A stretch of 64,000 nucleotides of DNA from contig CAVQHD010000001.1 of assembly GCA_963712275.1 (NCBI GenBank), forward strand, positions 192,001 through 256,000, given 5' to 3'. The notes below the pieces were generated by a model, which saw nothing but the letters and a program-made list of their open reading frames with translations, made no database searches and was not told the origin of the DNA. The stretch comes from an uncultured Rhabdochlamydiaceae bacterium (GTDB lineage: Bacteria; Chlamydiota; Chlamydiia; Chlamydiales; Rhabdochlamydiaceae). The translations under genes and the position numbers were made by a program. Every line of letters begins with the position of its first letter. Position 1 is the stretch's first letter. Of this stretch, positions 15,921-25,422 are shown one piece after another.

Positions 15921-18482
15921 AACAACTAATGCCCATCCATTCTGCTTGTGATAGAGCTCTTGACACCGCGTATAGATCCCTGGACTATCAGGATAAAGCT
16001 TTTGGCCTGTACTAACGTGGTGGAGGAATATACAGGTGGTTGCTTCAAGGATCTTAGGAAGTTCGTAAGCTACCCCAGTTTTTTGAGCATGAGTTGCAAC
16101 GAGCTGCTTCTGATCGGCGTAAGTTTTATTGCGGCTTCCTTCGATGACGTCGCGAGTCATGAGGACCCAGTATGATTGGGTTACAGGTTGGTCTTGATAC
16201 TCGCCTAAATTAAAATACTTGTATTGCGTCGCAGGGCCTTGCTTTGGCTTTGCTGCGAGCTCTCCAAGGGTTTTTAGGGTGAGGGGTTGGCCATTCACAC
16301 TTGTTGGGATGAGGACGAGGAGGTGGGTCTCTTCGATTTTTTTGCCAGGCCAGAAGGGACAGGGGCTTTGGAGGATTTGGCCGATGTCGGCAGGGAGCGG
16401 CGGCTCTTCTCCAATATCTCCAAAGTAGGTGTCCCATTTGGCTTTTCCAAAGGCGATGGAGGGAAGAGAGAGAATCTTAGCAGGTGGAGGAGGGCTTTTT
16501 AAGTGGTCGAGCTCTTTCTGAAGAGTTGCAAGCTTATCGTTGATACGATTTAAGTCTTGACGTGTGGTGTCTAGCTCACGAGCGGTTTTGTCAAGGGTCA
16601 TAGAGAGTTGAGACACCTGGCTGTTTGATTCTTTAAGTTCCTTTGAAAGTTGATGCAGATGCTTCTGGGTCAGGAGGTGGACTTTCTGGGTGGTGTTGAG
16701 GTGTTGCATGAGGGGATCGATCTGTTGGAGCTCGGTGAGGATAGGGCCAAGCTGGGTGAGGCTGCCTTGAAGAAAGGCGAGAGTGGCGGCCTCGTAATAG
16801 GTTGGGACGGCTTGGGGGATGTTGTTGTTTGCGTGGAGAATTTTGGCAAGAGCGAGGGCTTGCTCAAGGGTTGGAAACTTCTCATACGCTTCTCGATAGA
16901 TCTTTTCCGCTTGGGGTTTATTGCCTTGATCTTGGTGGGCTTTGGCAAGGCAGTTTAAGATCTCTTGGAGTTTGGGGGATTTTAAGTCGGCGTAGAGAGC
17001 GGCGAGGGTTTCATAAAGGGGGATGGGGAGTGCAGGGAAGAGTTGGAGGGTTCCTTGTGCAATGGCGTCGGCGGCTTGAAGGTCTTTTCGCTGAAGGAGG
17101 GCTTGAAGCCATTGGAGGGCCCAGGGGAGGGCTTTTTGAGGTTTAGGGAGCTGGGATTGGGCTTTTAAGATTTTTTGGCAGTAGGAAGGTTGGAGGTCGA
17201 GGGTTGTGAGGTGCCGATAGGCTTTAACGATTTGCTTGAGGTCTTTTTGTGTTTCATACATCTGTCCAAGGGCGAGGAGTTTTGTTTGGAGCTGTTTTGG
17301 GTCTTGGCTTAAAAGTTTTAGATGAACGAGGCGGTCAAGAAAGGGGTTGGGAGATGCTTGTTCTGCTTGGAGGCAGAGCTTCTCAGCAACAATATATTCA
17401 TTATTTTCGAGGGCATGACAGGCGCCTGTGAGGAGGAGATGGGCTTTGTCTTGAGGATGGAGAAGGAGGTCTGAGAGGATGGTGTAAATCTGCCACTGGG
17501 TGGGGTCGTGTCTTAAGATGTATTGGTAGAGGAGGATGGCTTTCCCGGGGTGGTCTTTTTGACAGGCGGAGGCAGTATCAAGGGCAATGGGAATGGCTGC
17601 TCCGGTTTGCTTGAGAAGGGCATAAAGATGGAGTAGGATGAGGGTAAGGGGAATCTTAAAGCGAGGATTTTCTTGGAGGCAGGATGAAAGAAGCTGAGCG
17701 GCTTTCTCTATTTCTTGGGCTTGGAGTTGGTACTTGACAAGGTGGAGGGTGGCAAGGAGGGCTTTGAGGGGGTCTTTCATCCTTTGAAAGAGGAGGGGGA
17801 TGGTTTGATAGTCTTGCCATTTCTGGGTAAATTGGAAGGCTTTTTGATACGCTTCGAGGGCTTCTTGGTATTCTTGTTCTTGCATATAGGCTTGGGCGCT
17901 TTCAAGATTGCGGAGGGCGAGGGTTTCATTGGATTTCTTGAAGAGGTTGAAGGTGGGGATGGGGTCTTGCGCTTGCCAGGCTTCGAGGGTTTGCTTGAGT
18001 TGCAGGTTGGGAGTCAGGGTGGTGATGGGCTGGCGACTGAGGGGACAGGTCTTATTTTTCTTGAGGTGTTCTTTGATAGCGCCTCTCTCAAAAGTATGGC
18101 CGCAATTGTCGATGACGGGGTCTTTTAAGATCTCTAAGGTGATCGGACAGGTGAACGGTTCAGCCTGTCTGTTTTCAAGGGGGATTTCGAGTTTAACGAG
18201 ATTTAAGAGATGGTCTAACTCTTTCAGAGCGTCTTGAAGTGGCTGAGATGCAGAAGGGTTCGGAGGAAGGAGCTTTTTTTGCTCAAAGAGATCAAGGAGG
18301 GGTTTTACACGAGATGACGTGAAGAGGCTTTGGATGGTGGTGGGATCGGTTTCGAGCGCTGTTTTAAAGAGCCGTTTGCCTGAGATGTCGTAGATCTTCA
18401 AGCTAACAGTCGTTGGATCTTTGACTTGAAAGAGATAAACCTGATCAGCGGTGCGGTGTTGGTAAACAGATTTGAGAGCCAT
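15831..18482 (-). CDS. U-box E3 ligase-like + TPR-like helical repeats + coiled coil + C-terminal CLec-like DGR target domain
   Basis: FTCPITLEILKDPVIDNCGHTFERGAIKEHL..CPLSRQP..LTPNLQLKQTLEAW; last ~210 aa nearly identical to those of the PARP-like genes. Confidence 0.85.
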   Translation of the reverse strand: MALKSVYQHRTADQVYLFQVKDPTTVSLKIYDISGKRLFKTALETDPTTIQSLFTSSRVKPLLDLFEQKKLLPPNPSASQPLQDALKELDHLLNLVKLEIPLENRQAEPFTCPITLEILKDPVIDNCGHTFERGAIKEHLKKNKTCPLSRQPITTLTPNLQLKQTLEAWQAQDPIPTFNLFKKSNETLALRNLESAQAYMQEQEYQEALEAYQKAFQFTQKWQDYQTIPLLFQRMKDPLKALLATLHLVKYQLQAQEIEKAAQLLSSCLQENPRFKIPLTLILLHLYALLKQTGAAIPIALDTASACQKDHPGKAILLYQYILRHDPTQWQIYTILSDLLLHPQDKAHLLLTGACHALENNEYIVAEKLCLQAEQASPNPFLDRLVHLKLLSQDPKQLQTKLLALGQMYETQKDLKQIVKAYRHLTTLDLQPSYCQKILKAQSQLPKPQKALPWALQWLQALLQRKDLQAADAIAQGTLQLFPALPIPLYETLAALYADLKSPKLQEILNCLAKAHQDQGNKPQAEKIYREAYEKFPTLEQALALAKILHANNNIPQAVPTYYEAATLAFLQGSLTQLGPILTELQQIDPLMQHLNTTQKVHLLTQKHLHQLSKELKESNSQVSQLSMTLDKTARELDTTRQDLNRINDKLATLQKELDHLKSPPPPAKILSLPSIAFGKAKWDTYFGDIGEEPPLPADIGQILQSPCPFWPGKKIEETHLLVLIPTSVNGQPLTLKTLGELAAKPKQGPATQYKYFNLGEYQDQPVTQSYWVLMTRDVIEGSRNKTYADQKQLVATHAQKTGVAYELPKILEATTCIFLHHVSTGQKLYPDSPGIYTRCQELYHKQNGWALVVGGFAAGGLYVNIYCSSSGECVGVGCRRKF

Positions 18483-18693
18483 AGATGCCTCCTTAAAATT
18501 TTAGAGGAAGTTTATCAGAAGGAGATAGTTCTTTGTCTAGTTTTTATTTTTAGTCTAATGGATCAGAAGGTTCAGTCCTATTTAGGAATCTTATCTCATG
18601 CCAATGAGTTTCATTTTTCACAGGCGATCAAAAATGCCTTCTGGATCAGAAAATGTCTCTAAAAAGAGCCCCAGCGATTGGTTGGGACCCCCT

Positions 18694-18800
18694 GAAAAGA
18701 TCCCAGCGATGTAGGACAATGCTTTTCCCCTTCCCAACTTGCCAGCCAAGTTACCAAGCGCTCTTTCCAACTTCCAAGGGATCCAATGGTCCAAGGGCTG
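18694..18800 (-). promoter_or_regulatory. Conserved non-coding tail downstream of variable region 3
   Basis: Homologous to 11889-11994; hairpin at 18736-18752 keeps the stem and changes the loop. Confidence 0.6.
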
Positions 18801-18890
18801 TTAGAACTTCCGGCGACACCCCACCCCAACGCCCTCACCGTCGCTGCTGCGGCCGCAGTAGACGCCGAGGCCGCCCGCGGCAAAGCCGCC
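18801..18890 (-). repeat. Putative DGR variable region VR3
   Basis: See VR1; encodes GGFAAGGLGVYCGRSSDGEGVGVGCRRKF. Confidence 0.8.
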
Positions 18891-20771
18891 AACAACTAAT
18901 GCCCGTCCTTTCTGCTTGTGATAGAGCTCTTGACACTGCGTATAGGTGTTTGGAGCATCAGAATAAAGCTTTTGGCCTGTATTGACGTGGTGGAGGAATA
19001 TACAGGTGGTTGCTTCAAGGATCTTAGGAAGTTCGTAAGCTACCCCAGTTTTTTGAGCGTAGGTTGCGACAAGCTGCTTCTGGTCAGCATAGGTTTTATT
19101 GCGGCTTCCTTCGATGACATCGCGGGTCATGAGAACCCAGTATGATTGGGTTACAGGTTGGTCTTGATACTCTCCTAAATAAAAATGGCTGTATTTCGTT
19201 GCAGGGCCTTGTTTGGGCTTTGCTGCGAGCTCTCCAAGGGTTTTGAGGGTGAGGGGTTGGCCGTTCACGCTTGCGGGGATGAGGACGAGGAGATGAGTCT
19301 CTTCGACTTTTTTGTTGGGCCAGAAGGGACAAGGGCGCTGAAGGATTTGGTGGATGTCGGGAGGGAGCGGCGGTTCTGCCCCAACATCCCCAAAGTAGGT
19401 AGCCCATTTGGCTTTTCCAAAGGCGATGGAGGGAAGAGCAGAGGTGATGGGTTTGGGAGTGAAGACAATTGGAGATGGAGGTTGAAGCGAGGGGCTTGAT
19501 AGTGGAGAAGGCGGCGTTTTGTAGGTATGAGATGGCTGGGGTTGGGGAGAAGAAGGTGTTGCACTTCCAGCTGGGGCTTGTGGAGCTTGAATTTGCTGAA
19601 GCTTTTTATGCACAAACGTTCGGACTTTGCCTTGGGTGTCGAAGAGTTGAGTGACCCACCGGTAGAACTCTTGGTCTTGAGAAGTTAAGGTTTGGTTGGG
19701 ATCGAGGATGATGAGGAGTTCTGATTTTTGTTCCAAGACTTGAACGAGGTTGGGGTCTTGTTTTACAACTTCTTTTTCGAGGAGGTCGAGGATGTGTTCA
19801 AGGAGATAGTGGACGGTGGTGGGGTTGAGGGGTTTGGCGGGGTTGGGGAGGAGGTCGGGCTGGAGTTCGACCCAAAACCGGGCGAGGGTTTGGGATTTTT
19901 GGAAGACGACGATTTCATCCCAGGCGGGGTTTTGGGTGTCGGTACAGGGGTAGTAGTTGGCGCACATGGGGTCGGAGGGGTTGATGGAGATGACGGGGAT
20001 GTAGTGGGCGTTGTAGTTTTGGTAGGCGCCAAGGCCTTGTCCGAGTTTTTGCATGTCGCTGGGTGCTTGGGGGTCGTCGGCGATGACGGGGTAGGGTTCT
20101 CGGAGGGAGACCCAGGCGAGGAGGAGGTTGCCGTCGCTGTAGATGTCGGCGGCATATCTAGCGCTGGTGGTGAAGTAGATGCCGCTTCCGAAGAAGCCGA
20201 TGTCGGTGCTTTGGGTGTCGTCGGTGTCTTGGAGGAATTGGTGTTTGCCGAAATAGGTGAAGCCGGTTTGGCAGATGGAGTAGGCGATGGGGGCTTTGGT
20301 GCCATGCCAGAAGGGAAGGACTTTGGTGGAAGTATAGGTATCTTTTCGTTGATTGGATTGTTGGATGGAGAAGGGAGAATAAGGAGCTGCGAGGGTGCGG
20401 AAGCGGTGGATGACTTTTTGTCTTAAGGTGGGGAGGTCTTCTTGGTTCCAACGGGGGGCAAAGTGGGGGCTTTGGGCTTCTTGCTCCATGGTGGGGATGG
20501 CGGCTTCGAATTGGTTGGTGTGGTGGGGGTTGTGGATGCAGTAGGCGCGGGAGATGGAGCGGTTGAGAGGTCTTTGGGCTTGGAAGTACTGCTGGATGAA
20601 GGCCCATTCAGGATCGCCTTGGGTGATTTCACATTTGCGATAAGTGGAAGAGGTGGTTGTTTGGGCTTGAAGTCTTTGAAACAGGGCTTTGCTGATGTGC
20701 CAGGGGGTTTGGGGATTTGGGAGGAGGTTTGCTAGAGGGGGTGGGAGGCTGGTGGGGGTTGTTGAGTGCAT
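18801..20771 (-). CDS. PARP-like ADP-ribosyltransferase + CLec-like DGR target domain (copy B)
   Basis: Same length (656 aa) and near-identical to 11995-13965 except in C-terminal patches. Confidence 0.8.
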   Translation of the reverse strand: MHSTTPTSLPPPLANLLPNPQTPWHISKALFQRLQAQTTTSSTYRKCEITQGDPEWAFIQQYFQAQRPLNRSISRAYCIHNPHHTNQFEAAIPTMEQEAQSPHFAPRWNQEDLPTLRQKVIHRFRTLAAPYSPFSIQQSNQRKDTYTSTKVLPFWHGTKAPIAYSICQTGFTYFGKHQFLQDTDDTQSTDIGFFGSGIYFTTSARYAADIYSDGNLLLAWVSLREPYPVIADDPQAPSDMQKLGQGLGAYQNYNAHYIPVISINPSDPMCANYYPCTDTQNPAWDEIVVFQKSQTLARFWVELQPDLLPNPAKPLNPTTVHYLLEHILDLLEKEVVKQDPNLVQVLEQKSELLIILDPNQTLTSQDQEFYRWVTQLFDTQGKVRTFVHKKLQQIQAPQAPAGSATPSSPQPQPSHTYKTPPSPLSSPSLQPPSPIVFTPKPITSALPSIAFGKAKWATYFGDVGAEPPLPPDIHQILQRPCPFWPNKKVEETHLLVLIPASVNGQPLTLKTLGELAAKPKQGPATKYSHFYLGEYQDQPVTQSYWVLMTRDVIEGSRNKTYADQKQLVATYAQKTGVAYELPKILEATTCIFLHHVNTGQKLYSDAPNTYTQCQELYHKQKGRALVVGGFAAGGLGVYCGRSSDGEGVGVGCRRKF

Positions 20772-20946
20772 GGAATTCTCCTTTTGTTGCGACTCGATAG
20801 AATCGAGTGAAAGGAAATATTAGGGAATGGTGAAGATATTTTTCAATAGGGGAATTTTACATGCATCCGGTTTTCTTCCGTCGCTAATCTTGCCGCTCAA
20901 AAAAATCTAGGCAAATCTACACAAACGCATAGACAAGCCGGACACG

Positions 20947-21906
20947 TCAACAGAGCAGTCGAGTTGACGATTCGCGTGCCGGAGTCTCGCCGGCAAGATT
21001 CGAGAGCATTGCTGTCACAGGAGTCGTTTGGGGGACTCTAGGATCGGTATGTACCGCCCGAAAATGCGCTGTCAGCGCCGCTGAAAGTTTCTTATTGAGC
21101 TGCCCCCATTGGCGCCATACATGCCGAGATCGATTCCTTGCAGGTAGATCAAGGGTGACATGGCCCCCTTTTCCATCGGGAATTTCCCTTTGGCCTTGGG
21201 GCATTCTTTCAGAAACTCCTAAAAATCTGCGGCCAATGCAAAGTGCGGCCGCCATATGAATTGTTAAGCCATAACGTTTTGCAAACTTGACTCGCCCGAT
21301 GAGCGAAGTAAAAGCAGGGTTGACGCTATAAACGGCGACTCTTTTTGAGGCCCCTCGGCTTTTAAGATGGGTGATGATTGATGCGTAGGCAAAGGCAGAG
21401 AGCATGCGAGAATAGGAGGGATCTTTTTCTCTAAGTTGGGCTTTCTTTTTCTTAAAGTCGAGGTTTTCAAGGACGAGGGGTTTTTGTGTCTTTTCACAAA
21501 GGGCAATAATTTGGGCCGAGGCATTGCCAATGAGGGCTTGGGCCTGGCCTTTGGAGGTATGATGAAGGGGAAGAGGGATATGGAGAATTTTTTTATTTTT
21601 AAGACGGGCAAGGGTCTCTTCAAGAGCTGCAATTTGGTGCTTTTTAGTTTCAATGCGCTGGGATTGCAATCGGAGAATAGAGTCGATTTTACCTTCGAGT
21701 TGGACACGGGCTGCATTGAATTGGCGGGCAGTGATACGAAAATGGGTGAGGTAAAATGATTTGAGATCTCCAGCAACTTTACCAGTTGCAATGTCTGCAA
21801 ATAAACAGCGCTCAACATGGCTCATAAGCAATGCATAAGCGGATAATGGCTTATCGAAGTCATCGAGAATACGGGTTTGATAAGTTCTGGGAGCAGTATC
21901 AGACAT
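20947..21906 (-). pseudogene. tnpB: TnpB-related protein with in-frame internal deletion removing RuvC-I
   Basis: Junction LKNKKIL/HIPLPLHH near 21580; the VAVDIN segment of copy 1 is missing. Confidence 0.8.
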
Positions 21907-21908
21907 TT

Positions 21909-22358
21909 TCAGTCGCTTGTTTTAAAGCTTGTAAAAGTTTTTGGTTCTTTCTGGATCTGGCTCCATAAAGCCTTGCAGAAAATACGGCGATGATCGATTT
22001 TCTCAGAACAGATGCTTTGCATCAACTTCTTTAAACCTCGTTTCTGAAAATTGAGGCCTGAACCAAGATCTTGAACGACCTCATGAATCCATCCATTAGC
22101 TGTACAGAAGTTTTCTATGACTTGGGTTTGCCTGATTAGATCATCTTTCTGATCATGGCTGGAGACTCGTGCATAGCCGAGAGTATGTTTCTTTGAATTC
22201 AATTTCTTAGACTGTGCGGACGCATGCCTGGAAAGATCAAAACGACGATGGCCTTTAGGCGTCCTTTCAACAGTAATCTGGCCTGATTTTTCCCATCTGC
22301 GAAGTGTTTCTTGTGAAACGCCGAAATATTTTGCTGCTGTCCCAATGTTTACTTTCAT
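21909..22358 (-). pseudogene. tnpA: IS607 TnpA serine recombinase, internally deleted and frameshifted
   Basis: TLRRWEKSG HTH, GYARVSSHDQKDDL, DLGSGLN; conserved VFSARLYGARS tail lies in another frame after ~21995. Confidence 0.85.
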
Positions 22359-22483
22359 GGGAATGAATTCTATACATTTTGTATAGATTTATCAAGAAAT
22401 ATCTATATTTTCTTCAACTGCTGCCAACCCTTCAACAAAAAAGGACTTGCCTCAACCGTGATTTGGTCAACTCTCCTAGAAGC

Positions 22484-22789
22484 CTACCAGCTTGCTTTGA
22501 CAATCCCTGGGATAAGCCCTTGATTTGCCATTTCGCGGAAGCAGAGGCGAGACATTTTGAACTTTCGGAGATATCCTCGAGCGCGTCCCGTAAATTGGCA
22601 ACGGTTGCGAAGACGGACAGGAGAAGAGTTTTTGGGAAGTTTATTAAGAGAAATTTGAGCTGCAAGCCGCTCTTCATTGCTTTTCGTCAAATCCTTAACG
22701 ATATTTTTAAGCTCTTGGCGACGGTTCCATTTTAGTTTTACAAGTCGCTCGCGTCGGTTTTGTTTTACAATCGAACTGAGTCGTGCCAT
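22484..22789 (-). CDS. rpsN: 30S ribosomal protein S14
   Basis: [22 protein letters not shown]...[11 protein letters not shown]. Confidence 0.97.
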   Translation of the reverse strand: MARLSSIVKQNRRERLVKLKWNRRQELKNIVKDLTKSNEERLAAQISLNKLPKNSSPVRLRNRCQFTGRARGYLRKFKMSRLCFREMANQGLIPGIVKASW

Positions 22790-22926
22790 TATTTCTTTCT
22801 CCCTGGGCCTTTTTGACGTTGTTTACGATTTGGGTCTGTTGCATTGATCACATAGACACGACCTTTCCGGCGCACTATCTTATCGCCTTTAGAGGGGTCG
22901 GCTTTAATCGAAGCTCGAACTTTCAT
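22789..22926 (-). CDS. rpmJ: 50S ribosomal protein L36
   Basis: Hand translation [50 protein letters not shown] overlap with rpsN. Confidence 0.95.
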   Translation of the reverse strand: MKVRASIKADPSKGDKIVRRKGRVYVINATDPNRKQRQKGPGRKK

Positions 22927-23042
22927 ACCATTTCCTTTTATAAAATAGAGTCATTTTAAGGCTCTTTTATTTTCCTGGCAACAAGTTTCCCTTGAGAAGT
23001 TTTCTCAATATCAGGTAAGCTCTTATCTTTAGAGAAAAAAAT

Positions 23043-23177
23043 ATGAAAAGAACTTATCAACCTAGCAAACGTAAACGTCAAAAAACATGCGGCTTTCGAA
23101 AGCGAATGAAGACAGCCAAAGGGCGTCAAATCATCAATCGCCGCCGCCGGATCGGCCGCAAACGGCTCTCTGTTTAA
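23043..23177 (+). CDS. rpmH: 50S ribosomal protein L34
   Basis: Hand translation [44 protein letters not shown]. Confidence 0.97.
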   Translation: MKRTYQPSKRKRQKTCGFRKRMKTAKGRQIINRRRRIGRKRLSV

Positions 23178-23530
23178 GGCGCCGGTTTCCTAAGACTGCC
23201 CGCCTACGGACCCGTCAAGAGTTCCGAAGAGTGCAGCGGCAAGGACGCCGCATTCAAGGGCTATTTTTAATTTTTCAATTTACAAGTGAAAATTTTAATG
23301 ATATCCGATTAGGGATGACCGTTTCAAAGCAGTTTGGCCACGCTGTTTCTCGCAACCGCTTAAAACGAAGGATTCGGGAGGTTTTCCGCTTAGAAAAACA
23401 CCGTTTGCCAAAAGGGCTTTCGCTGCATGTCTCTCCCCGCCCGGGCATCGCTCTTCCTTCCACTAAACAAATTCAAGAAGATTTTAACATTTTATGCTCA
23501 ACGAAAAGCAACAACAAGCCATTGCAATAA
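23087..23530 (+). CDS. rnpA: Ribonuclease P protein component (start uncertain)
   Basis: [35 protein letters not shown]. Confidence 0.9.
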   Translation: MRLSKANEDSQRASNHQSPPPDRPQTALCLRRRFPKTARLRTRQEFRRVQRQGRRIQGLFLIFQFTSENFNDIRLGMTVSKQFGHAVSRNRLKRRIREVFRLEKHRLPKGLSLHVSPRPGIALPSTKQIQEDFNILCSTKSNNKPLQ

Positions 23531-25416
23531 CAGAGGGGTATGTGCTTGTCCTGGCGGGGGCTGGCAGTGGGAAAACCAGCGTCATCACCCACCGAATCGC
23601 GCATCTCATCAAAGATAAGCACGTGCCGCCCTCCTCTATTCTGGGGCTGACTTTTACCAATAAGGCCGCTGAAGAGATGAGAAAACGGGTGGCGGCCCTC
23701 GTCGATCCCTCCCTTGCAAAACAGGTTATTCTTTCCACATTTCATAGCTTTTGTATGAGAATTCTCCGAAAGGAGATCGACAAGTTAGGGTATACGAAAG
23801 ATTTCACCATTTATGATGAAAAAGAGACCCGGCGCCTCTTGAATCAACTGGTGAGAGAAGAATTAGCCCACGACGGCGATCTTCCGTCGCTTGACCCCAC
23901 ACTGGCTGCGATTTCCGTGGCTAAAAATAAAGCTCAAACTCCAGAGCAGATGGAGGGCGACCCATTTTCGAAAAACCTCTATGGCAAGCTTCAAACAACC
24001 ATGCGTGCTTATAACGCCGTCGACTTTGACAATCTGCTGCTTTTAACTCTTCGATTGTTCGAAGAGCACCCTGGGGTTGCTCTCAAATATCAAGACCGCT
24101 TCCGATACATCATGATCGACGAATATCAAGATACAAATCTCGTGCAATACCGCTTGGCAAAATGGCTCAGCGGAAAGCACCGCAACCTCTGCGTTGTAGG
24201 AGATGATGATCAGGCAATCTATGGCTGGCGAGGCGCCGATATTAAAAATATCCTCCAATTTGAAGCAGATGCGGTGATTAAGTTAGAGCAAAACTACCGC
24301 TCGACTCCTATTATTCTCCAGGCAGCTAACCATGTGATTCAACACAACCATGAAAGACACTCAAAAGAGCTTTGGAGCGCTCAGTCCTCCGGAAGACCGA
24401 TCGAGATTTTCCATGCCCCTTCCGAGGAAGAAGAAGCCAAAGCTGTTGCCGACCGGATGATCTGGTACCACCAGCAGGAAAATATCCCCTGGAATGAGAT
24501 GGCCATTCTCTACCGTTCAAATCTTCTTGCCAGACCGTTTGAAATTGCTCTCATGCAAGCCAGCTACCTTAAAAACGGCGCCTGGAGACGAGGGATCCCA
24601 TATCAAGTCTTTGGTGGGACTGAATTTGCAGAGCGGAGCGAAATTAAAGATATTGCCGCTTATTTACGTGTGATCAAAAATCCCCAAGATCAAGAAGCGA
24701 TCTTGCGAATTATCAACGTCCCGCGCCGAGGCATCTCCGACCAAGCGCTCGATAAACTCACCCAGAGAAATCGATTGGAAAAGCGCCCGCTTTGGTCTGT
24801 TCTCCAGCAGGCGGGAGCCGAAGACAACCTTTCAGACCGCGCTCTTTCAGGCATCCGGCAATTTCTTGAAATTATTAAGCAAGGGCAGGAGAAATTTTCC
24901 ACCCCCCCTTATCAAGATAGCCTCCGCTGGCTTGTGGAAACGATCAACTATCAAAAAGCGATTCAAGAAGAGGTTAAAAGCGAAAAAGCCCGCGCCTTTA
25001 AGTGGGAAAACGTCGAAGCTCTCATCCAGTCATCAGATGCCTATGACGATCTCCATGAGCTTCTCGGAACGCTTGCGCTCGATGACAACCCTTTTATCCG
25101 CTCAAATAAAGGAGCAGAGGCAAACCATGCCAATCTGCTGACCTTTCATAGCGCTAAAGGGTTAGAGTTTACCCTCTGTTTTCTCGTCGGGCTCGAAGAT
25201 CAAATCATGCCTCATGAAAAAAGCCTTGCAGAAAGAGGGCTTGAAGAAGAGAGGCGGCTGATGTACGTCGCGATGACACGCGCAAAAAAACACCTCGTGA
25301 TTTCCATGTCGCGCTACCGCCTCCGTTATGGAAAACAGACCGCCATGACTCCATCTCAATTTTTATTTGAAATCCCGCAAGAGCTGATTCAGCTTCGATC
25401 TTTTCGAGAAATTTAA
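23494..25416 (+). CDS. uvrD: ATP-dependent DNA helicase UvrD/PcrA/Rep
   Basis: AGAGSGKT, DEYQD, GDDDQAIYGWRGA, HSAKGLEF, EERRLMYVAMTRAK. Confidence 0.95.
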   Translation: MLNEKQQQAIAITEGYVLVLAGAGSGKTSVITHRIAHLIKDKHVPPSSILGLTFTNKAAEEMRKRVAALVDPSLAKQVILSTFHSFCMRILRKEIDKLGYTKDFTIYDEKETRRLLNQLVREELAHDGDLPSLDPTLAAISVAKNKAQTPEQMEGDPFSKNLYGKLQTTMRAYNAVDFDNLLLLTLRLFEEHPGVALKYQDRFRYIMIDEYQDTNLVQYRLAKWLSGKHRNLCVVGDDDQAIYGWRGADIKNILQFEADAVIKLEQNYRSTPIILQAANHVIQHNHERHSKELWSAQSSGRPIEIFHAPSEEEEAKAVADRMIWYHQQENIPWNEMAILYRSNLLARPFEIALMQASYLKNGAWRRGIPYQVFGGTEFAERSEIKDIAAYLRVIKNPQDQEAILRIINVPRRGISDQALDKLTQRNRLEKRPLWSVLQQAGAEDNLSDRALSGIRQFLEIIKQGQEKFSTPPYQDSLRWLVETINYQKAIQEEVKSEKARAFKWENVEALIQSSDAYDDLHELLGTLALDDNPFIRSNKGAEANHANLLTFHSAKGLEFTLCFLVGLEDQIMPHEKSLAERGLEEERRLMYVAMTRAKKHLVISMSRYRLRYGKQTAMTPSQFLFEIPQELIQLRSFREI

Positions 25417-25422
25417 TTGAAA

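Larger units (their letters stand above)
20892..22429 (-). mobile_element. IS607-family element copy 2 (both ends present, tnpA and tnpB internally deleted)
   Basis: MerR-HTH serine recombinase overlapping tnpB; left end inferred near GGTTGGCAGCAGTT; right end ...GAGCGG(C). Confidence 0.85.

Noticed and set aside
18380..18430. VSLKIYDISGKRL resembles a T9SS C-terminal or FlgD-Ig motif
   Set aside because: It is N-terminal and short, with no T9SS context; probably coincidental.
11000..23000. DGR template repeat or reverse transcriptase in the window
   Set aside because: No ORF with RT motifs and no AAC-rich non-coding copy of the VR was found by eye. The AACAACAAC near 16821 is coding (ANNNI) and unrelated.
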